Shown: piece by piece, positions 10,496 to 20,000 of the stretch
How the letters are laid out: every line of letters starts with the position of its first letter
How positions within the stretch are numbered: position 1 is the first letter of the stretch
Source: Lobosporangium transversale
Lineage: Eukaryota
Assembly (NCBI RefSeq): GCF_002105155.1
Contig: NW_019029004.1
Location: 553,132-573,131, forward strand
Reading direction: 5' to 3'
DNA: 20,000 nucleotides
Translations under genes and position numbers: made by a program
The notes under the pieces: model-generated
The model's input: the letters and a program-made list of their open reading frames with translations, nothing else
What the model was told of the DNA's origin: nothing
Database searches by the model: none

Positions 10496-12864
10496 CTACA
10501 TAATGCTGCAGCAGACAGCGCCTTTCCCCTTTGCTTTGTTCTTGTCTCCGGGATCATTCTTAACATTCCCTTGTCCTTCAGACTCAACTGCCTTGTTGAG
10601 GCCGTGGTTCATTTCCGACATCTCCATCTGAAGTGTATCAGATCTAGAAGAAGTGCGTTGAGTATTATCTTGAGCCTGTCCAAAGTGAGGGTCATTGCTG
10701 CGTCCATAATTATTATAGTTGCTGTACTGTTGCTGAGGATTGTAGGGATTTTGCTGGACATCATTCCCACCATGACCTCCATAATAACCGCCTTGTTGAT
10801 CATAATGCTGGTTTTGAGAGGTATTATAGCCATTGCCATATGGGGCTTGATTGTAATGGTCATTGCTTTGGCTTTGAGGATAATGACCACTCTGTTGCGA
10901 CGCATCAAATCGCCCTTGGCCTTCATTGTTGTAGCCATCCTTCTGTTGACGGCCATAGCCATCTTCTGGACGACGAGAACGGCTCTGATGACCACTGTTT
11001 TGCTGATATTGATCAAGTTGTTGACGTTCCTGCTCCTGAGCGCGGATATCATAGGTTTGTTCGCCCCCACGCACAGATGGCGACCCATTCTGATATGGCT
11101 CATAGCTGTTCTGGTTGGCTTGGCCGCGATGTCTTCCCCCTTGGATTGGAATCTCATTGCTGTAATACTGGTGATCTTTTGGACTATTGTATACCTGCTG
11201 AAGACACCCATCATTCCTGTCTTGGTTTATGCTGTCGTAAGGCTGACGTTGCTCATGGCGACGCCTTGGAGACATATGACTCGCATCTTGGTATTGATCC
11301 ATAGCATTTGCATTCTGTGTAAGTGTTTGGTTTTCAGGCATTGTTGGTCGTCGAGCCCGCGGCGACCTATTCTCGGGCGCCGATTCAAACTGCTCCTGCC
11401 TTGCCTGATGATCTGTGTCACGCCTTGCACGACGAGGTCTTTCAGGCCGAGTTGTCTCGGGGAAGTCATTCGTAGGAGCACCCTCCGCGCGCTGCTCATT
11501 CACCAGCGATGTTGGTGCTTGCTGTTCCAGTGCTAATGTTGATGACTGCTGTTGCTGCCGTCGTTGCTCCCGCTCCTGTCTCCTCTCTTCCCGCTCCTGT
11601 CTCCGTTTCTCTTGTTCCTGGTTTCGTTGTTCTTGCTCATGATTTCGTTGTTCCTGTTGATGAGACAAATTGCTTGTCTTAGGTGACACAGGTACATTCT
11701 GATCCTTATCAATCTCTTTAGCTGAGGAGTCAAAAGCTGAAGGTATAGCTGGAATTGGTGGAATCGGTGGAGTAGGATCAATATCACTGCCAATGTCGCT
11801 GTAAAAATCACTAGACTTGGATTTTGATTGCACCAGACTCGCGCTCGATGCTGCTTTTAATTTGTCGTAACTTGCGAATGGATTTCCAACGGACGCTGCC
11901 GATCCAGGAAGCTTATACAGCGGCGCATCATAGTCGTCACTGTATGCAATTACATCATGTTCATGCAGTCCCTGTTCCTTGATCCGCCTAGCAACAGCCG
12001 GTAGAATCATGTCTTCATGCCGTGGTCCAGGCAATCCCGGTGGAAGCCCGGAACCCACAGAGCCAGAGCGCGAACGTGAAAATGAGGGGTTGATCGGTGT
12101 TTTCGCAGTGGCAGACAGCGGGGTATTGGGCGTATTCGCCTCATTATATGCTTTTGCCTTTGCAGCCGTATTTATTTTCGTTGTCGCTTTTGGAGATTCG
12201 GGCTCAGCTTTCGGAGGCAATGGAGATGTAGACTTTTTTTCCTCTGATTTGAAGAATCCAGTGGGTTCCATGGAAGGTGTGAATGTTGGAGGCGTCGATG
12301 GGACGAATGGGTTGTCAATCGTATCATCAAATCTGTAAGAGGAGGGGGTCGTATTGGGCTGAGAATCTTTTTTGAAGTTGCTTTTTGGAATCGGCCTTGG
12401 CATTGTTGGTGTATTATTTTTACCATATCCAAGTTGGGGCCGTTTCATATCCTCTCCAGTAGCTCTCCGGCTCCTTGCAGTAGCAGTAGGGATCCGGGAT
12501 CCAGTGTTCCCCTGCGAGATTTTGTCTCGCTTTTGCTATATCACATGCATGCATTAATGAACCTGGTTGTGAGCACATATTGTCTGTTAAATGTTATAAA
12601 CATATATAGTACATGTAGTAGTTTTGCTCTCAGGTAATGATTGAGATTGAGATACTGTAAACTTGAGAAGCAGGCTCTTTTCCTCTTTCCTCCTTCTCTC
12701 TTTCCCTTCCTCTTCCTCTTTCTCTAATTAACATCTGGCTTCATGTACATCATGCTTGTATAAAAATAATGAAAATAAAGGCAGAGATAATAATGAATAT
12801 GTAAGGTATAGTATGTACTTACAAAGGCAGCATATTCGCCTTCCATCCCAGGAGCATTCAGCAT
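10496..12864 (-). CDS. ~693-aa disordered protein with C-terminal CaaX prenylation motif (KAKGKGAVCCSIM); possible TeaR/Mod5-like membrane anchor
   Basis: Exon 12864-12823 (MLNAPGMEGEYAAF, donor GTAAGT) joins in phase 0 to the acceptor at 12536 and exon 12535-10496, extending the 650-aa ORF. It has a Pro-rich N-half, a QE/R coiled segment, a Q/N/Y/G-rich tail and polybasic + CC-aaX end. An acceptor at 12874 suggests a further upstream exon. The family assignment is tentative. Confidence 0.85.
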
Positions 12865-14021
12865 TTCGATAGTCTATTGATTAGGTGATGGGAGCAGAGA
12901 AAATAGGGAAAATTGAGCAAAAATAAAATATGAAATCAGTCTTTCGATGGCCCACTGCTGATGTAACATTTGCAAGAAGTCCATTGTTGCGATAGCCCAA
13001 CAATAAACGAAAAGACAAGAATGAATACATCATTTCTTGTCCCGTTGACATTGAAACAAAAAAACTGTCTTGGTCTTTTTTTTTAAGAGACAGACACAGG
13101 TAATTGCAAGGCAAACATCCCTATTTGATCTATTCAACTGATCAGCTTGGACATCGCCATGCTGATCCAAATCCATATCCAAAACTCAAATCCAAATCTG
13201 TTGTGGATAAAACCTGTGCTCCTATCCTCCCAGACATCCAATTTGGATATCCTAATTGTTGCATGAAATTTAATTTTAGACTTGACAGCATTTGGCGGGA
13301 AGAAAAGGAGAAGAGCAGAGCTCTTTCTGAATGAATGTCATAAAACACAACAAGCACATCCTCTTTCCATGTTTCCATGGGTTGAGTTTGTCCAATTAGG
13401 TTATACGACTGACTTTGTCGCCTACTTTCGACCATTCTGATACACTGCACACTGAAACTAACTTTAAAAACAATACGTTGACGATTCAAAGGATAGAGGG
13501 ATTTATCACAAACCTGGACATCCATGGCTCACGCACTGCTGTAACGCGAATGGGTAAAGGCCGTATAAAGAATCCACTGAATAAGGTTGGTAAAAAGCCG
13601 AGGGTTATGAGAAGTTATATTTGTAGCAATAGTACAAGGGAAAAAAATATTATGAAGGAGACCAAAGGTTATGTAGAATATATGTTGAATAATGAATCGA
13701 AGTGGTTAAGAACAGTCGGGGAAAGTTGATGAAGCAAAAGAATGAGAATAAAAATGAGAAGAGAATAGGAGTGTGACAAAAAATCAATTAGAATGATCCT
13801 GAAGGAAAACAAGAAAAAAGCGTTAGAGGAAAGGAGAAAGAGAATGAAAAAATCGTTTGTGTAGGGTAACCGGTAACGAGAACTATTGAATAAACGTTTG
13901 GTGTGAATAAGAACTATTGAGAGAGGAGGAGAGGGCTTTAATAGATAGAAGACTGCGAGGGTCTAAAGGAATGAATGAACGAGTGAATGAACGAATGAAA
14001 AAGAATAAAGGAGGCTAGGAA

Positions 14022-14052
<31 letters not shown>

Positions 14053-15003
14053 GCTGTGCCACTAAAGACAAAGACGAGCAGAGCAAGCGAAAGAAGCTGT
14101 GTAGTATAAATGTATTTCAGTTGGATATATTTCGGTTTACAAGCAAAGAAGTGAGTTGTTGGTTGAGGAATGAGAATAGAAAGAGAGGAGAAGGAAAAAG
14201 GGTAGGGGGGAGTAAAAGAAAACGAAAAGAGGGGGGAGAACAAAAAAGAATAAAAGAGCGCGGTGGATGAAATATTATTGACTTTGCTTTTGCATGCAGA
14301 GACAAAGGGACAAAGGGGGAACAAACAACTTTGAGTTATGCATCCCTTCATCATCTTGGCGAGTTGCGAGTTGGCGAAGAGAATATCAATAAAAGGACAC
14401 AGCTCATGTGCGCGTGCCTACGAGGAGGTAGTCGATGCGCGTATTTCAAAGGAGCGGAATTATGCATTCACAGACTATTGACACAGGCGCAGATGGAAGG
14501 CATGTTGCAAAATCAATAAACACCATTGAGTATTAAAACGTGCAAGATTGCATCTCTGTTCATGTCTGTAACTCTTGTTCAAAGTGTGACCAATTACGAG
14601 CCAAGAAAAAAAAAAAAATGTCCGACGCTTATTGTCTCAATGACGATGGTCATGATATTCTTCCTTTACTTTGCATATCACATGGAGTACGCGACCTTAG
14701 TATTGGCAAGTTACTACTGGGCTTGCTTAGCGGATTGTAGCTTCAACATTGATGGTCTTGAAGTTGTGATCTCTATCAATGTGATGGATCTTTTTAGTCA
14801 CTTCGTTGCCAAGTAGCTATGAAGGATCAGCGCCAGCCTGTTATCCTATTTCCATCACAATGTTCAAAAACCTCTCAAACTTGCGATAAGCCCTTGCAGC
14901 TCCATCAGGGAAGAAGCAAGACGAAATGAACTAAAAGTGGCTTTTCGTAATGATAAAATAAAGACACAAAAGACAGTCAAGCTTGCTGGTAGCCTTATAC
15001 AAG

Positions 15004-15611
15004 ATGCAGGTCAAAAACCTGCCAATTAGTCAATTTGAAAGTGTAGCTCTAGCTCCGTCCAAGTCGTTGACTGATTCATCTGACCAAGTAGTTTCATCTC
15101 ACACCATCCACCTTGAAGACTGGCCCTCCTTTACGCGGCAGGTCGAAGATGAATCCGACCTTCTAACCAGGTTGAACACCTCTGTCGCCGACGATAAGGA
15201 TGGTAATTAACCCTTTGAACTATTGTACTGTGATCGTCCTTTAACTCGCTGAAACTCAACACTGGACCTTTTTTTTATCAAATTCAAAGATAACGTAGTT
15301 TCAATAATTCTATTAAAAATGTTCATTGTTTCCTCTACAATTTTACTCAGGCCGTCCTCTACTTTTAAATTTTATTAGCAGAGGAGATTGCCAAGCTCTT
15401 ATATAGCTCTTCAGACGATGATGTTGGTGAAGTGTTTCTAAATGCCCTTACTGTTTAGGTCTCCGCTGCTAGTATCTTTCTAGATATTAGGCCTCAGCTT
15501 GTACAAGGCCTATTCCCCTAACAACCAGATGTTCCGCTCTGGGCTCACTATCTTCAACCAACTGAAACTCTTCGCGCCACTACAAATACAGTTCAAAAGT
15601 TAGTTCCCTGA
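15004..15611 (+). pseudogene. Possible decayed coding fragments
   Basis: Protein-like stretches MQVKNLP...HLEDWPSFTRQVEDE and AEEIAKLLYSSSDDDVGEVFLNALTV*VSAASIFLDIRPQLVQGLFP*QPDVPLWAHYLQP, with in-frame TAG/TAA. No family recognised. Confidence 0.3.
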
Positions 15612-15668
15612 CTAGAGAAAAGCACAATTGCTTCGCCTCTATAAAACCGCTGTTACTTCTTGGCGCGT

Positions 15669-16788
15669 TTATGCCTTGTTGACCTTGGTCCATTGCGTCT
15701 GCGCGCCCATGATTGAAGTTACTGTTCCAATAAGGCCCACAACACCGTCATCAAGGTTCACATATGCTAGACTTGATGCTGGAATAAGCATGTCCAACGC
15801 ATCTTGTAGTAGCTGTTTGTTGACGGATTGTTGCTCTCTATAATAATAGACATTGATCGGAGATTTTTGTCAAGTCACTCGAATAGGAAAGAAGACTCGG
15901 CCATTTTTTTTTTTTTTTTTTTTTTACAAACTATAAAAGTGTAGGGGTTCTTACTTGGTCAATGCCTTAAGATCTGAATGCGCGTGTGTTTTTTCAGTTT
16001 CCCCTTGGTGATTCAAACTACGAGAGGCTGCCTTACGACAGATCTGGATCTGGCGCGTCTTGTACAAACCCGTCATAAAGCTGAATACAATACCTGATAA
16101 CCAAAATTTATTGGCCAACTCGTTGCATCGCTCAATATTCTGAAACTTGTATGCACCAGCGCCATCCAACTATCATAAATAATTGTTTGTTAAGGGTCTT
16201 TTTTTCGTAAGCAGTGCGAAAGTATAAGCTTTAGAATATGAAAAAACGACGTTACAAAGATAAAGGCATCGTATGTGAGATAGCCCGCATATGACAGCTG
16301 TTTCCCAACGGTCAATAACCGGGTAGTTTCATCCTCGATATTTGTAGCCGCCACTGCTGCTTCTACATGTTCAATGGGCTTGCCTGATACGTTATAAAAT
16401 TTAGTATCGGTTAGGGAAATAAGAAAAGGTAAAGATTTACTCTTCTTTCCATTATAAAGAGGGAAGGTTGCGTCCATAAAATGAGAAGCCTATTCCGTAC
16501 CAATGCGCATCACTACAAAAGTAATAACAGCAGTTAGTCAAATATATCAATATGGTCGTTAGAAGGTTTATAATAAATAAAAGCCATTGCATTACATTTG
16601 CGTGCCTGGGCGAGCGTCTTTTTAAGGTTGTTGAAGCGAGCAACTGTTTCCTTTGAAGTCCCATGTCGCAGAAGGTACCATGCAAAGAAGCGTGAAAAAT
16701 ACTGGACTGTCCTATAAAGTTTATCGCGACCTGTTGTAGTCGCCATGAATTTGAGCCATGGCTGGACATTGATAACCGCCTTAGACAT
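15669..16788 (-). CDS. PEX11: Peroxisomal biogenesis factor 11 (Pex11), 238 aa
   Basis: Exons 16788-16596, 16512-16501, 16383-16256, 16169-15955, 15837-15669 total 717 nt, all GT-AG and in frame. Motifs TTTGRDKLYRTVQYFSRF, LAQARKLMRIGKPIEH and QLLQDALDMLIP...LDDGVVGLIGTVTSIMG..QW are typical of Pex11. Confidence 0.96.
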
Positions 16789-17737
16789 TTTCAAGTAAAT
16801 TAAGACGGAATTTAACAATGACTTGAACAAGACGGATCAAAAGAACAATGGATGAACGCTCTGAACAAACATCAAAAAAAGAATAAGGTTCACGTGCTAT
16901 CGTTTATAGAACAATCTGTGCACCAAAACTACAAAAGACACACACTTGGAATAGCGGCGCGTCAGAACGTTGACCAGCAAGTATGACACTCTGCGAAACT
17001 GTTACCTTTCTTCATTTCACTCAAAAATCCTGAACGTCACTGGCTCCCTCCTGTCTCAATCGGTCATTCAGTTCTATCCTTTTATCACCCTTTATTTTAA
17101 CACTCTCATTGTTTCCTTTCCTACTCACAGTCCAGTGCTGCATCTTGTTTGAAAGAATCCTCTTAAATTAAGAAATAAAAGCAGGAAAAATAAAACTTCA
17201 CCATTTACTTTTTTTCTGTAATATTTTATTTCCAATGAGCTATGAATCGGAGAGCAACACATAAATATTACCTACTCTAATCCAACATTCTTCATAGTAC
17301 TTTTGACATCATGGCAGTAGTCTTCTACAGTTATTAGTTATTATAACTCCTTGATATTACAACCGAACGAACTAACAACAGTCTTTCTTTTTTTATTTAT
17401 TTATTCTTTTTCCATTTTTTAACGTAAAACAAATATCTGTTATCATATAAAAATAGCTCAGAACGAATATCTTACTTCAAGTGCCATATTCCCATAATCC
17501 ATCACATAATCCACTAAAACAACCTACTGTATTAAATACAAAAAAATCGCTATATTAATACCAAAGCTTACTCCCAGTCTCGATTCAAAGACACGAAGGC
17601 GTGCACAAATAATTTCTTCAAAAATTTCTTAGTGATCGAACTCAAGTTTTTGATCAGTCTTGTGGTCGAATAGTTTGCAATACTATAATAAAAAGAAACT
17701 TTTTTTCCTCTATCTCTCTCTGTCTCTCTTTCCTGTC

Positions 17738-17803
17738 TCTCTTGCCTCTCTTGTTAAGCTCTTCACTTGTCTCTTGCCTCTCTTGCTAAGCTCTTCACTT
17801 GTC
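17738..17803. repeat. Two-copy 32-bp tandem duplication
   Basis: TCTCTTGCCTCTCTTG(T/C)TAAGCTCTTCACTTG occurs twice with one mismatch. Confidence 0.9.
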
Positions 17804-18010
17804 TATCATTCCTTTGAGTTTCTGTGCTCACTCTCCCTTTCTATTTTACCTCTTCTGAAGCTCAATGCACAGTTTTTTTTTCAACATGTGTCTCGAATTC
17901 AAAGGAATCGCGAAGCAACGTGTATGCAACAGTCCCTGGAGTCAAAGCGGACAGAAGATGCAGTCAAAGCAAGCACGGGCAATGCAGTCAAAGCGGACAG
18001 TGCGGTCATT

Positions 18011-18140
18011 GAAGCCCATGAAGCGAAAGAAGTCCACGAATTCAACAAAGTTAACCAAGTCAACGAAGCCAATGAAGTCCATGAAGTCAATGGAGTCCAT
18101 GAAGTTGCGAAGTCAATGAAGTCAATGAAGTCAATGAAGC
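18011..18140 (+). repeat. Degenerate 9-bp repeat GAAGTC(A/C)AT in a probable frameshifted coding relic
   Basis: Reads EAH/EVH/EVN triplets, then shifts to KSM after an 8-nt unit (GAAGTTGC) at 18101-18108. Confidence 0.75.
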
Positions 18141-18825
18141 AGCTGGACTCCCTGGCTCACTGCAATTAATCCGTCGCCAAACAACCTTCAATTCGCGGTG
18201 ACTTATACTGGGCTCTGACGTGTACACGTCGAATTACGCTACTTTTTCACTAGTCTTTTTGGAACAAAAATGCAGGTAACTCTATGCTCTCTAAAGTTAC
18301 GATGCTCTCATATCGTGCATATGATTGCTCATGTGCCTGAGCACATTCCCCTATAAGTGATCAAAGCACCTTCGATATACTCCAAAAACAGGAATAGTCA
18401 GGAAACAACTTTGGACAAAATCGTGAGAATTGTATACTCGGTTCCGCTTATGTAAACGCGTAGGAAGGATTATCGCTCTTACAATTTTTTTTTTTTTTTT
18501 TTTTTTTACCCTTATCACGGCTCAAAAGCTTGGATTGACTCTAATGCAGAAGCCCTGATCCGTTATCGTTCACCATTTCTCAAACACACTCATACATGGA
18601 TGGTATCTCTCATCAATCTCATCAATCTCATCAATTGCTCAACATGGCTTAGGCATGTTAACAATATTTATTTATTTATCTATCCTCCCTGTGTACGCGT
18701 TTAGTCAGTGGCTTGTCGGTATTTTCATCAAATTTATAATTTCGATACGAGTCGTGGCAGCTTTTTCTCTTTGATTTTCCTCCTCATCCTTGTCGTGCGC
18801 CTAGCTTGGTCACCTAAACGAAAAG

Positions 18826-19061
18826 GTAAGTAAGAATACCTGAACAACAAAGGGATATGCTAGACAAAGGAAAAGCATGATAGAAGAGCAAGGCATGGCC
18901 TTTGAGTCTTTGGATTCAGTGATCTCGCTCGATCATGTTCGATCATGACAACTGAATCTGAATGAGCTCTTAGTTGATTGAGAACTTGATTACTTCATTT
19001 AACTAACCTTCTTTTGATTCGTCTCTTACTCTTTACTATCCTGCTCTGTTTTCTTTTATAG
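18826..19061 (+). other. Probable spliceosomal intron in a 5' leader
   Basis: AAG|GTAAGT donor at 18826, ACTAAC branch site at 19002-19007, pyrimidine tract, and TTTATAG acceptor ending at 19061. Confidence 0.6.
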
Positions 19062-19217
19062 GCGGGTTCGTGAGCGTGCGGAGCCCTCACTCGCCTCTAG
19101 GAGGACCGTTAGGACACGCATTGAATGGACGTGTAGGGTGAGGGGGGAGCCGCGGTGGTATCGACTGCGCTTCGGGGGCGAGCGTTAGTCCAGGCCCGAA
19201 GAGGTGTATGGCTGAGA

Positions 19218-19610
19218 GGGTGAGGGTGGGGGTGTGGGGGTGTGGGGGTGTGGGGGTGGAGGTGTGGGGCGCGGTGTGGGAGAGTGGCGTGGAGGTGTGG
19301 AGGTGTGGAGTGGAGGAGTGGAGTGGAGTGGAGTGGAGGAGTGGAGTGGAGTGGAGGAGTGGAGGAGTGGAGTGGAGGTGTTGGGGCGTGGCGTGGAGGT
19401 GTTGGGGCGTGGAGGTGTTGAGGCGTGGAGGTGTTGAGGCGTGGAGGTGTAGGGGCGTGGAGGTGTTGAGGCGTGGAGGTGTAGGGGCGTGGAGGTGTTG
19501 AGGCGTGGAGGTGTTGAGGCGTGGAGGTGTTGAGGCGTGGAGGTGTAGGGGCGTGGAGGTGTTGGGGCGTGGTGTGGGGTGTGAGGGCGCGGTGTTTGGT
19601 GTAGGGCGGG
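19218..19610 (+). repeat. G-rich compound tandem repeat: (GGGGTGTG)n, (GGAGT)n and 11 copies of the 16-bp unit GGCGTGGAGGTGT(TGA/TGG/AGG)
   Basis: 16-bp units counted from 19390 to 19565 plus a partial copy. Shorter-period G-rich repeats lie upstream. Extreme G-strand skew. Confidence 0.95.
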
Positions 19611-19945
19611 GCGCTGGGGTAAGGGCTTAGGCCCCCAGGGCGGTAGTAGGTAGCAGTGCTTCGGGGGCGTGCCGTTGACTGTTGCTGAAAGGGTGGCCAG
19701 CGCCAGGTTCCTAGTACCCTAGCACTTTGTTCTTGTTTCTTTTGGTTATCTCTCTTTGAGCATTTTTCCTTGGTGTTTTCTTTTCTGTGTTTTTTTTTTT
19801 ATTTGTTTTTTTATTTATTTTATTTTATTTTATTTTTTTTTTTATTGCTCTTTCAGTTGCAAGTATACTAATGTATTAACTTACTTCTCTCTCTCTGTCT
19901 CCTTCTCGCTGTCTTTTTTTTTTTTTTTTTTTTTTTTAGCAAGCA

Positions 19946-20000
19946 ATGGAGTCTTACAGGAGTACAATGCACATTCCTCAAGGACATGAAGGCGTGCACA
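19946..20000 (+). CDS. Probable start (or internal exon) of a gene running off the right edge
   Basis: Long T tract and TAG acceptor at 19939, branch-like TACTAAT near 19865, then GCAATGG and an open frame MESYRSTMHIPQGHEGVH to the window end. Only 55 nt are visible. Confidence 0.5.
   Translation, partial: MESYRSTMHIPQGHEGVH

Noticed and set aside
10481..11536. 351-aa hydrophobic + strand ORF resembling a membrane protein
   Set aside because: It is the antisense shadow of the Q/N/D/Y-rich CaaX gene (CAA/AAT codons read as L/I/V), and has a non-ATG start.
13104..13729. Short ORFs upstream of the CaaX gene
   Set aside because: No recognisable motif and no splice path that I could join in frame. 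More likely leader or promoter sequence.
15636..15671. Stop-codon readthrough extension of PEX11
   Set aside because: The context is TAA-ACG rather than TGA-CTA, and the extension TRQEVTAVL carries no PTS1.
4283..16788. acuK and PEX11 as a fatty-acid/gluconeogenesis gene cluster
   Set aside because: They are separated by unrelated genes, and I saw no shared CCG-N7-CCG site upstream of PEX11. Proximity alone is insufficient.
19185..19215. SRP RNA helix-8-like CCAGGCCCGAAGAGG
   Set aside because: It lacks the GNRA loop/AGCAG symmetric-loop partner and an Alu domain. RNase P/MRP core motifs were also not found.
19218..19610. Telomere or CRISPR array
   Set aside because: It is interstitial with mixed periods (8, 5, 16 bp), normal sequence continues on both sides, and there are no unique spacers.
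19710..19722. CCTAGTACCCTAG as a telomerase RNA template or Helitron 3' end
   Set aside because: The telomere repeat of this organism is unknown from the window, and there is no convincing sub-terminal hairpin or AT target site.

Overview
AT-rich, intron-rich eukaryotic DNA with many long poly-A/poly-T tracts and microsatellites. Gene style suggests an early-diverging fungus, possibly Mortierellaceae-like (inference). Splice models were built by hand and checked for frame. Left to right: the 5' end of a signal-peptide gene running off the left edge (-); a 7-exon, 708-aa low-complexity/coiled-coil/polyQ protein whose first intron is GC-AG (+); a 6-exon AcuK/Ert1-type Zn(II)2Cys6-PAS gluconeogenic regulator (-); a 311-aa Ser/Thr-rich ORF (-); a ~693-aa disordered protein ending in CCSIM (CaaX), possibly TeaR/Mod5-like (-); decayed coding relics; a 5-exon PEX11 with a 12-nt microexon (-). 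Near the right end, a GC-rich structured island containing a G-rich 16-bp minisatellite is bounded by splice signals, upstream of a probable gene starting at 19946 (+). No rRNA, tRNA, CRISPR or intact transposon was seen. The G-rich island and several candidate alternative-splicing switches are the best leads, and all are hypotheses.
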